Assembly (NCBI GenBank): GCA_041576235.1
Contig: JBFGLJ010000002.1
Span: forward strand, 1 to 47,499
DNA length: 47,499 nt
Source of the DNA: Gemmatimonadales bacterium
GTDB lineage: Bacteria; Gemmatimonadota; Gemmatimonadetes; Gemmatimonadales; GWC2-71-9
Direction of reading: 5' to 3'
The translations under genes and the position numbers were made by a program. Shown in pieces: positions 15,333-23,361 of the stretch. Numbering within the stretch: position 1 is the first letter of the stretch; each line of letters opens with the position of its first letter. A model generated the notes under the pieces. It had not been told where the DNA came from. It saw only the letters and a list, made by a program, of their open reading frames with translations, and did not search any database.

Positions 15333-15367
15333 GAGGTGAGCGGCACGGTCACGACACCGCTCATCTC
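15333..15367. terminator. hairpin between convergent genes (GAGGTGAGCGG - 13 nt loop - CCGCTCATCTC)
   Basis: 10 of 11 bp stem read directly, no U-tract. The right arm overlaps the stop of the permease gene by 2 nt (15366-15367). Marks the right edge of the low-GC island. Confidence 0.45.
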
Positions 15368-17489
15368 AGCTCGCCGTGTACCGGTCTCGCAGCAGCCGCA
15401 GCGCATCGGGCTCGCCGATGACGGTGACCAGATCGTTTTCCCTCAGCACGTCGCGCCGGCCGGGCACGATGATGTCGTTCCCGCGACGGACAATGGCAAC
15501 CAGTGAATTCTCCGGCAGCTCCAGGTCCTGAATCGCCTTCCCGATGAACTCGGCCGTGCGGTCGCTCGAGCGCAGGCGAACGGTCTGGTAGCGGGTCTCC
15601 TCGAGCAGCAGCTCCTTCAGGTGGGCCGCGTTGCGAGCCTGCAACCAATCTTCGATGAAGTGCTCCTCGTCGACACGGTTGGCGAGCTGCGCGAGCATGC
15701 GAAGATGCTGCCCGTGGTCTTCTTCGGGACTGACCAGGAGGAAGATGGCGTGGACGCGGTGGGCCACGTCCTCCTCGCCGCCGATAGCATCGATGACGTC
15801 CATCAGGAGGCCCGCGCGCGATCGCGCCAGCACCATCTCCGGCCGCTCGATGCCGAGCACATGGAGGTGCGGCAGGGCGGCCCCACGCGCCACCGGGGTC
15901 GCGCCGGTCTTGGTGCCCTGCAGGAAGCCCTGCTCCAGCTTGGCCGCGGGAACCGGCAGCCGCGTCGCCAGCTGGTGCGCCGCCTTCGACACGAGCTCCT
16001 CGAACGATTCCCCTTCGTCTAACTCGATCACCTGCGCCCGGGCCACGACCTCGTCGAACTGATCGTCGGACCGGAGTCCCTTCTCCTTCAAGATCGTCCG
16101 GAATTCGCGGTCGAGATCGTCATATTGGCGCTGCCCGAGCCGCCTGAACCAGTGATAGATGGCGCCGTCGCGGACGACGTTCGGCCGGGCATACCACAGA
16201 TACCACACCAGGCACACCAGCACCACGCCCAGTGTGAACAGAATGGCCAGCCAGCCCATGTACACGATCAGGATGAACGACGCCAGAATCCCCGCGACCT
16301 GCATCCACGGATAGAGGGGAGACCGGTAGCCGGGGTCGTAGGACGGGATCCGGCTCTCGCGCATCACGATTACGGCCAGATTGACCAGCATGAAAATGAA
16401 GAGCTGGAAGGCACTGGCGAGTTTGGCGAGGCCTTCCTCGTCGAGGACGAGAATAAAGACAACGATGAGCACGCCGGTAAAGACGATCGCGAACGACGGT
16501 GTGCGAAACCGCCCCAATCGGCTGAACACATTGGGCAGCAAGCGGTCGCGCGCCATGGCCAGCGGATACCGCGATGCGGAAAGCACGCCCGCGTTCCCGG
16601 TGGACGCGAACGCCGCGAGCGCGGCGGCCACGATGAGCGCCAACCCGAGCGGCTTCGGCAACCACGTGAAGAAGGCCTCCGCGGCCGTCGCCACCGGCGT
16701 CAGGTCGGCGTGGAACGCACCCGGCTCGAGCACCGCGACCATCACGAACACGCCGGTCACATAGATGATGGACGTGGACGCGAGCGAGAGGATCATCCCG
16801 AGAGGGATGTTGCGCTCGGGGTTGGTCACCTCTTCCGCCACGCTGGCCACCTTGGTCAACCCGGCGTAGGACACGAACACGAACCCGACCGTCGCGAGCA
16901 GGCCCTCCACGCCGAACGGCGCGAACGGCGTGAAGCGCTCGCGAGTCACCGACCTCGGCTGGTCGAAGATGATCTCGTGAAACCCCTGCAGAATGAAGAA
17001 GACGGTCACACTCAGCAGGATCACGACAAACCAGCGCTGCAGCCCGCTGGTCTCCTTCGCCCCGATGATGTTGATGCCGACAAACACGACGGTGAGTGCT
17101 ACCGCAATCGGCTTGATCGGCAGTTCAACGAAGAGCGCCGAGTAGGCGCCGATGCCGACGAGGGCGAAGGCGGTCTTGAGCGAGAGGGCCAGATAGGTGC
17201 CGAGCCCCCCGATGGTGCCGAACATCGGCCCCAGACTTCGGTCGAGGAAGTAATAGGTCCCGCCGGCCCGGGGCAGCGCCGTACTCAGCTCCGCCTTGCT
17301 GAACATGGCGGGCAGGATGAGAATGCCGGCGATCAGGTAGGCGAGTACGACGGTCGGTCCGGCCTTGGCCGCCGCCAGCCCGGGCAACAGAAAGAACCCG
17401 GAGCTGAACATCGCGCCGGTGCAAATGGCGTAGACGTCGAAAAGCCCCAGTTCTTTCTTGAGCCGATGCTCTTTTCGAAGGATAGGCAT
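15366..17489 (-). CDS. APC-superfamily amino acid permease fused to PTS-EIIA(type 2)-like and TrkA-C domains
   Basis: N-terminal 12-TM permease (GLFDVYAICTGAMFSSGFFLLPG). C-terminal ARGAALPHLHV EIIA-like segment and RCK_C-like IGKAIQDLELPENSLVAIVRRGNDIIVPGRRDVLRENDLVTVIG. Confidence 0.88.
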   Translation of the reverse strand: MPILRKEHRLKKELGLFDVYAICTGAMFSSGFFLLPGLAAAKAGPTVVLAYLIAGILILPAMFSKAELSTALPRAGGTYYFLDRSLGPMFGTIGGLGTYLALSLKTAFALVGIGAYSALFVELPIKPIAVALTVVFVGINIIGAKETSGLQRWFVVILLSVTVFFILQGFHEIIFDQPRSVTRERFTPFAPFGVEGLLATVGFVFVSYAGLTKVASVAEEVTNPERNIPLGMILSLASTSIIYVTGVFVMVAVLEPGAFHADLTPVATAAEAFFTWLPKPLGLALIVAAALAAFASTGNAGVLSASRYPLAMARDRLLPNVFSRLGRFRTPSFAIVFTGVLIVVFILVLDEEGLAKLASAFQLFIFMLVNLAVIVMRESRIPSYDPGYRSPLYPWMQVAGILASFILIVYMGWLAILFTLGVVLVCLVWYLWYARPNVVRDGAIYHWFRRLGQRQYDDLDREFRTILKEKGLRSDDQFDEVVARAQVIELDEGESFEELVSKAAHQLATRLPVPAAKLEQGFLQGTKTGATPVARGAALPHLHVLGIERPEMVLARSRAGLLMDVIDAIGGEEDVAHRVHAIFLLVSPEEDHGQHLRMLAQLANRVDEEHFIEDWLQARNAAHLKELLLEETRYQTVRLRSSDRTAEFIGKAIQDLELPENSLVAIVRRGNDIIVPGRRDVLRENDLVTVIGEPDALRLLRDRYTAS

Positions 17490-17573
17490 AGGCCTCGCGC
17501 GGGCCAGGTGAGGGACTCGCTAATGCACAGCGGAAGCGTCGATCCGTACCGATTGTGTTGAAGGAGCTATCCC

Positions 17574-18725
17574 CTACGCCGCACTCCGCTCCAACCGCTC
17601 GACCGCCGAGCGGTACTCGTCCACCAACCGCTCGTAGATCGAATGCCAGGTGCGTGCCCGCGCGGTCGCGAGCGCGCCGGCCGACAGGCGGCTCCGGAGC
17701 ACCGGGTCATGGATCAGCCGGTCCAGACCCTCGAGCATGGCGTCCACGCTGTCGGGCGCAACCATCCAGGCGTTCTCGCCGTGGGTGGCGAACTCCAATA
17801 CTCCGCCCGCCGCCGCCACCACCGGCGGCAGCCCGCTGCCCATGGCCTCGAGCACCGAGTTGCCGAAGGTCTCAGTACTCGATGGGAACGCAAACAGATC
17901 CGCCGACGCATAGGCCTCCGAGAGCTCCCGGCCCTGCTTCAACCCGGCCAAGTGCACACCGGGGATCTGCCACTCACGGATCTCGGCCTCGAGCGGGCCC
18001 CGGCCCACCAACACCAGCTGAGCCCCCTCGCGTCTCACCCCCAAGAGCTCCCACGCCCGAAGCAACAGCTCGAGGTTCTTCTCCTTGGCGATCCGGCCCA
18101 CGTAGGTGACCAACAGGTCGCTTTCCTGATCGCCGACGCCGAACGACCGGCGGTAGGCTTGGCTCCTGAACCGAGGATGGAACTCCTCGGGGTCGATGCC
18201 CCGGCTCCAGACCCCGGTGTGCATCACCCCGCGGCTGTTCAAGTGCCGCTCGTAGAGCTGGCTGGGACAGAGCACCCGCGACGCGTGGCCGTAGAACCAG
18301 CGGAGATAGGGCCACCCCGCGCGCACCGCCCACTGGACGCCGTAGCGCGACGCGTATTTGTCGTAGTCGGTGTGGGCCGACGCCACCACCGGGATGCCCA
18401 GCGCCCGAGCGGTCTTGATGCCGGCCACGCCCAGGGCGAACTCGGTGGCCGCGTGCACCACGTCGGGCGCGAACGCGCGGGCGTCGGCCAGGATGTCGCG
18501 CATGCGGGGGAAGGCCCACTGGACGTCGCGATAGAGAAAGAAGGGGAGGCTCGGCGAGCGGTGCACCTCGGGGCGGTCCGGTTCACTCTCGGGCAAGGGA
18601 TAGGACGCGGTGTACACCCGCACCCGGTGGCCGCGGGCCTCGAGGGCCTCGGTCAGGCGCAGCAGGGTCACCCCCACCCCGCTCACCATGGGCCAATAGA
18701 CCTCCGAGAACACGGCGACCCGCAC
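17574..18725 (-). CDS. GT-B fold glycosyltransferase (family 4)
   Basis: VAVFSEVYWPMVSGVGV N-terminus and E(x7)E region FPSSTETFGNSVLEAMGSG. Start trimmed to GTG 18725 (GAGGAG SD upstream) because the longer ORF would overlap the tRNA. Confidence 0.85.
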   Translation of the reverse strand: MRVAVFSEVYWPMVSGVGVTLLRLTEALEARGHRVRVYTASYPLPESEPDRPEVHRSPSLPFFLYRDVQWAFPRMRDILADARAFAPDVVHAATEFALGVAGIKTARALGIPVVASAHTDYDKYASRYGVQWAVRAGWPYLRWFYGHASRVLCPSQLYERHLNSRGVMHTGVWSRGIDPEEFHPRFRSQAYRRSFGVGDQESDLLVTYVGRIAKEKNLELLLRAWELLGVRREGAQLVLVGRGPLEAEIREWQIPGVHLAGLKQGRELSEAYASADLFAFPSSTETFGNSVLEAMGSGLPPVVAAAGGVLEFATHGENAWMVAPDSVDAMLEGLDRLIHDPVLRSRLSAGALATARARTWHSIYERLVDEYRSAVERLERSAA

Positions 18726-18746
18726 AGACGACTCCTCGCTGGAACA

Positions 18747-18819
18747 CTGGGGCGGCTGGACTCGAACCAGCAACCTCCCGGTTAACAGCCGGGCGCTCTG
18801 CCAATTGAGCTACACCCCA
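18747..18819 (-). tRNA. tRNA-Asn (anticodon GTT)
   Basis: Cloverleaf folded by hand: acceptor TGGGGTG/CGCCCCA, D-arm GCTC-AATTGGCA-GAGC, anticodon arm CCCGG-CTGTTAA-CCGGG, T-arm GCTGG-TTCGAGT-CCAGC, discriminator G. No encoded CCA. Confidence 0.95.
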
Positions 18820-18898
18820 CCATGGGCGGCCGGGGCCGCCCACGCAAGGTAGTCCGACGAGCTTGATCCCCGGTAGAACGGCGCTAGGATCAACACCC

Positions 18899-19981
18899 AT
18901 GCGCGACATCCAGGAGGACCACCGGCGCTTCATGGCCACGGGCCGGCCGTTCGGGCGGGCGGTGGTCACCAGCGTCTGGGGCTCGGCCCCCCGCCCCGCC
19001 GGTGCCTGCCTCTTGGCCGACGCCGCAGGCCGGATCGCGGGGTCGGTCTCGGGCGGCTGCGTCGAAGGCGCCACCGCCACGGCCATCGCTCAAGCCCTCG
19101 ACGCCGGGAGCCCCAAGCTGGTGGAGTTCGGGGTGAGCGACGAGCAGGCCTGGGAGGTGGGACTGGCCTGCGGCGGCACCATCCGGATCCTGGTCGAGCC
19201 CGAGGTGCGCCAAGCCGTGGCCCGGGCGGCCGCGGGCCCGGGCGGCGTGGCCATCGCGACTTTGATCGAAGGGCCGGGAGACATCGGGGCCGCGCTGGTG
19301 ATCGACGAGCGCGAGCAGACGGTCGAGCCCGTGCGCCCCGCCGGCCACAGCAAGGGCGATGGCGGGGCCGCACTCCTCGACGAAGAGCGAAGCCGCATCG
19401 TCGACACCGCTCGCCACGCGCTCCGGCGCGGCACCAGCACCACCGAGACGTTCGAAACCCAAGGCCAGACGTTCCAGGTGTTCCTCGAGGTCTTCCCCCG
19501 ACAGCCGACCCTGGTCGTCTTCGGCGGGGTCCACATCGCCGCCGTCCTGGTGCCCATGGCCCGGCTCCTGGGCTACCGCACCGTGGTGGCCGACGGGCGG
19601 GCGTCGTTTCTCACCCGCGAGCGCTTCCCCCAGGCCGACGAGCTGATCCTCGGCTGGCCGGACGAGGCGTTCCGCCAGGTGGAACTCGATTCGGCCGCCT
19701 ATGTGTGCGTCTTGACCCACGACCCCAAATTCGATGACCCGGCGCTCGAGATCGCGCTCCGGTCGAACGCCGCCTACGTCGGCGCCATAGGCTCGCGCAA
19801 GACCCAGAAGGCCCGCCGCGCCCGCCTCGAGAAGGCGGGACTCAGCGACCAGGAACTCGATCGCCTGCGGGGCCCGATCGGGCTCGACCTGGGCGGCCGG
19901 GAGCCGGGGGAGATCGCGCTGGCTATCCTGGCCGAGATGACGGCCGTGCGCTACGGCGCGAGCGGCGGCCCGAGAGCCTAG
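18899..19981 (+). CDS. XdhC/CoxI-family molybdenum-enzyme maturation protein
   Basis: N-terminal XdhC_CoxI pattern (GRPFGRAVVTSVWGSAPRPAGA...GSVSGGCVE) and a C-terminal Rossmann-like part. ATG at 18899. Confidence 0.85.
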   Translation: MRDIQEDHRRFMATGRPFGRAVVTSVWGSAPRPAGACLLADAAGRIAGSVSGGCVEGATATAIAQALDAGSPKLVEFGVSDEQAWEVGLACGGTIRILVEPEVRQAVARAAAGPGGVAIATLIEGPGDIGAALVIDEREQTVEPVRPAGHSKGDGGAALLDEERSRIVDTARHALRRGTSTTETFETQGQTFQVFLEVFPRQPTLVVFGGVHIAAVLVPMARLLGYRTVVADGRASFLTRERFPQADELILGWPDEAFRQVELDSAAYVCVLTHDPKFDDPALEIALRSNAAYVGAIGSRKTQKARRARLEKAGLSDQELDRLRGPIGLDLGGREPGEIALAILAEMTAVRYGASGGPRA

Positions 19982-20880
19982 TCCACCACCCGCTCGCCTT
20001 CGCGAACGGTCAGGTCACGGTAGAGCGCGGTGAGCCGGCCGGTGACCGGACCCGGCGCGCCGTCGCCGATCCGGCGGCCGTCGACACGGGTCACCGCCGC
20101 CAACTCGCCCATGGTCCCCGTGCAGAACACCTCGTCGGCCCGATAACACTCGGTGAGGCTCAAGTCCCCGACCTCGGCCGCAATGCCGTGCGCCCCACAC
20201 AGCTCGAGCACCGCCGAGCGGGTGATCCCCTCGGGGCAGGCCACGGTGCGGCTGGTGCGCACCGTCCCGCCCTCCACCAGGAACAGATGGGTCGCGTTGG
20301 TCTCGGCGATCATGCCGCGGGTGTCCAGCATGATGGCGTCGTCGGCCCCGGCGGCGTTGGCCTCGATCTTGGCCAGGATCGACGGAACGAGGTTGCAGTG
20401 GTGGATCTTGGCATCGAGGCAGTCGGGCGGCGCCCGGCGCACCGAGCTGGTCATGAGGGTGAGTCCCGTTCGGTCGTAGACCGGCGGCTTGTGCTCGGCC
20501 AAGACGATGAGCGTCGGCCCCGCTTGATTGAGGCGCGGGTCCATCCCGGAGGTGATCTTGACCCCGCGGGTGAGGGTGAGGCGGATGTGCACCTCGTCCC
20601 GCATGCCGTTGGCGTCGAGGGTGCGGGCGATCTCCTGGGTGATGGCGGCGTGGGTCGGAATCTCGGCGAACCCGAGCGCCAGCGCGGAGGACCGGAGACG
20701 GTCGAGGTGCGCCGTCAATCGGAAGATCTTGCCGTCGTAGAGCCGGAGCCCCTCCCAGACCGCGTCCCCGCCCTGCACCGCCGAATCGAAGGGGCTGATC
20801 GCGGCCTCATCCCGGTGGAGGAGACGGCCGTTGATGTTGACGACGATGTCGCGGTTCTTCTCGTTCCAGGCTTGAAGCAT
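19978..20880 (-). CDS. class IV (BCAT / D-amino-acid aminotransferase-like) PLP-dependent aminotransferase
   Basis: SPFDSAVQGGDAVWEGLRLYDGKIFRLTAHLDRL, IRLTLTRG, ETNATHLF, GITR, TGTMGEL. ATG at 20880. Confidence 0.85.
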   Translation of the reverse strand: MLQAWNEKNRDIVVNINGRLLHRDEAAISPFDSAVQGGDAVWEGLRLYDGKIFRLTAHLDRLRSSALALGFAEIPTHAAITQEIARTLDANGMRDEVHIRLTLTRGVKITSGMDPRLNQAGPTLIVLAEHKPPVYDRTGLTLMTSSVRRAPPDCLDAKIHHCNLVPSILAKIEANAAGADDAIMLDTRGMIAETNATHLFLVEGGTVRTSRTVACPEGITRSAVLELCGAHGIAAEVGDLSLTECYRADEVFCTGTMGELAAVTRVDGRRIGDGAPGPVTGRLTALYRDLTVREGERVVD

Positions 20881-20884
20881 GGCG

Positions 20885-21601
20885 TTACCGGAGGCGATGG
20901 GTGTGGAGTCGGGTGTAGTAGGGCAGGCACTCCTGGTAGAGCGCCTCGAGATCGGGTGGAAGCGCGACCGAGCTGGGCCGATACGGCGCGAACCCGGTCG
21001 AGCGCTCGACCGCGTCATACCAGTACTTGGCCCAGATCCCGTCGGTGCTGCGGGGGCCCGGCGGCCAGGAGAGCATGGCCTCGTCGAACGGAACCCCGAT
21101 GCGCTCGCACAAGAGCGCGAGCACCCGCCGGGGGGCCTGGAGCACGTCGGCCGAGTCGATCACCGGAGGCGGCGGAGAGCCGTGGCCGGCCTCGCGCCAC
21201 AGCGCATCGAAGAGGTCCGCCTGCTGCGGGAGTCCGGTATCGGCGAGCGACGGCGGGCCCATCTTCTTGGCGAGCGACGCCAGCATGGCCCTGGGTTCCC
21301 GAATCAGGAAGCAGTTGATCAGCTTGGCCAGCCAGCCGCGATCGATGTGCCCCAAGAGATGGTGCGCCATGTGTTTTTGATAGAAGACGCGGTAGCCGGT
21401 CTCTGGGTCCTGGCTGAGCCACCGCACCACCCGCCGCCAGTCGGTCTCGTGCGCGGCCATGACCTCCTCGCGTCCCGGATGAGCCACCTCGGTCTGGGTC
21501 AGGTAGTGGGCGTAGAGCGGCTCGTCGCAGACGATGGTGTCCGCCCGGTTGCCCCACGATCGCATGAGCGCGGTGGAGATGTTCCGGGGCCCCGACCACA
21601 T
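20885..21601 (-). CDS. sulfotransferase-like P-loop protein (homologue of the N-terminal half of plant BCAT-like fusion proteins)
   Basis: MWSGPRNISTALMRSWGNRADTIVCDEPLYAHYL N-terminus. Ends 4 nt before the start of the aminotransferase gene. Confidence 0.65.
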   Translation of the reverse strand: MWSGPRNISTALMRSWGNRADTIVCDEPLYAHYLTQTEVAHPGREEVMAAHETDWRRVVRWLSQDPETGYRVFYQKHMAHHLLGHIDRGWLAKLINCFLIREPRAMLASLAKKMGPPSLADTGLPQQADLFDALWREAGHGSPPPPVIDSADVLQAPRRVLALLCERIGVPFDEAMLSWPPGPRSTDGIWAKYWYDAVERSTGFAPYRPSSVALPPDLEALYQECLPYYTRLHTHRLR

Positions 21602-21748
21602 GGCGACGCGTATAATAGGAAGGCTCCCTTCACCATCGTGCTTGGCAGAGGCATTGGACCCGCGGTAAACTACCCGAGGGCCGGGCGGGGTCCATGGCCC
21701 CTCGCCCACCGCCCGCCGCCTCACCTCACCCCCGTCTCAGACCATTCC

Positions 21749-21844
21749 ATGTCCGGTTTCGCCATCATCATGTTCGGCCTCCCGGCGGCGATCATTGCCC
21801 TCGCGGTGATCTTGGTGCTACTGGACCGTCGGGCCGAGCGGTGA
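21749..21844 (+). CDS. 31-aa single-TM peptide, putative symporter small accessory protein
   Basis: MSGFAIIMFGLPAAIIALAVILVLLDRRAER. Its TGA shares one base with the ATG of the symporter (TGATG). Confidence 0.5.
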   Translation: MSGFAIIMFGLPAAIIALAVILVLLDRRAER

Positions 21845-23361
21845 TGCTCGTCGCCACCCAGGGAGCGCAGATCGGCTTACCGGCTGGGGGTGAAGGGGGG
21901 GGAGCGGCCCTCGCGGCGTTCCTCGGGTATCTCATCGTGATCTTGGGGATCGGCGTCTTCGCCACCCGGTTCTCCTCGGCCGGGATGCGGGAGTTCTTCC
22001 TGGCTGGGCGGGGGCTCAACCGCTACGTGGTGGCGCTCTCGGCGGTGGTCTCGGGCCGGAGCGCCTGGCTCCTGCTCGGGCTCACGGGCATGGCCTACGC
22101 CCGCGGGCCCTCGGCCGCTTGGGCGGCGGTGGGGTACATCGTGGTGGAGCTGTTCCTGTTCCTGTTCTACGCGCGGCGGCTCAGGCGCTTCACCGAGGCC
22201 TACGACTGCGTCACCCTGCCCGATTTCTTCGCCGCGCGCTTCGGCGACGCCAATGGCGCGCTCCGTGGCACGCTGGCCGTGGTCATTCTGGTGTTCATGG
22301 TGAGCTACGTGTCGGCCCAGTTCGTGGGCGGCGGCAAGGCCTTCTCGGCGAGCTTCGGCATCGACCCGGCACTCGGCGTGGGGTTGACCGCCGCCATCGT
22401 CCTTGCGTACACGGCCCTCGGCGGGTTCCTGGCGGTGAGCCTGACCGACATGCTCCAGGCCATCTTCATGATCGTGGCCTTGGTGCTCCTCCCCGTCGTG
22501 GCCATCGCCGACCTCGGGGGTCTCGGCGTCGTGATCGAGCGACTCGGCCGGCTCGATTCCACGATGATCGATCCCTTCGCGATCTCGGCGGGCGCGGCCA
22601 TCGGCCTCATCGGGATCGGGCTCGGGTCCCCCGGCAACCCGCACATTCTGGTTCGCTACATGGCGATCAAGAGTGCGAGGGACCTCAGGGCAGCCGCCCT
22701 GGTCGGGACGGTGTGGAACGTGGTGATGGCGTGGGGGGCGCTGTTCATCGGGTTGGTCGGCCGCGCCGCGTTTCCCGACGTGGCCCAGCTCCCCGCGGGC
22801 GACACCGAGAACCTCTATCCCACGCTCGCCCAGGTGCACCTGCATCCGGTACTCTTCGGCATCGTGGTGGCCTCCATCTTCGCCGCCATCATGTCCACCG
22901 CCGATTCGCAACTGCTGGTGGCGTCCTCCGCCGTGGTGCGCGACCTCTACGAGCGCATCGTGCGGAAGGGTCGCACCCTAGACCAACAGAGACTGGTTCT
23001 CTATAGTCGAGTGGTCACCGTGCTGCTCGTCGCCCTGGCGCTCTTGCTGGGCTTCATCCTGGAAGGGCTGGTCTTCTGGCTGGTGCTCTTCGCCTGGGCC
23101 GGACTGGGCGCGGCGCTCGGGCCCACGTCGATCCTGGCGCTCTACTGGCGAGGGACCACCCGCACCGGAGTCCTGGCCGGCCTGGTCACCGGGACCGTGG
23201 TGACGGTGCTCTGGAAGCGGACCCCGGATCTGAGTGCCGTCGTGTACGAGCTCGTCCCCGCGTTCGTTCTGGCCGGAGCGGCCACCGTCATCATCAGCCG
23301 CATCACTCGACGCCCGGAGGACATCGATCGGATGTTTCGCATCATGAAGGGCGAGCCATGA
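21844..23361 (+). CDS. sodium:solute symporter family transporter (PutP-like)
   Basis: FFLAGRGLN, 13-TM SSF layout. Start at the internal ATG 21844, coupled to the micro-ORF. Confidence 0.88.
   Translation: MLVATQGAQIGLPAGGEGGGAALAAFLGYLIVILGIGVFATRFSSAGMREFFLAGRGLNRYVVALSAVVSGRSAWLLLGLTGMAYARGPSAAWAAVGYIVVELFLFLFYARRLRRFTEAYDCVTLPDFFAARFGDANGALRGTLAVVILVFMVSYVSAQFVGGGKAFSASFGIDPALGVGLTAAIVLAYTALGGFLAVSLTDMLQAIFMIVALVLLPVVAIADLGGLGVVIERLGRLDSTMIDPFAISAGAAIGLIGIGLGSPGNPHILVRYMAIKSARDLRAAALVGTVWNVVMAWGALFIGLVGRAAFPDVAQLPAGDTENLYPTLAQVHLHPVLFGIVVASIFAAIMSTADSQLLVASSAVVRDLYERIVRKGRTLDQQRLVLYSRVVTVLLVALALLLGFILEGLVFWLVLFAWAGLGAALGPTSILALYWRGTTRTGVLAGLVTGTVVTVLWKRTPDLSAVVYELVPAFVLAGAATVIISRITRRPEDIDRMFRIMKGEP

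Noticed and set aside
16125-17561. 478-aa + strand ORF
   Set aside because: Lies entirely antisense to the well-supported APC permease gene. Its Arg/Gly/Glu/His-rich, low-complexity translation is typical of shadow ORFs in high-GC DNA.
18747-18900. tRNA-Asn as an integration site for a genomic island
   Set aside because: There is no integrase, no direct repeat of the tRNA 3' end, and no compositional shift on either side. The flanking GT4 and XdhC-family genes look native.
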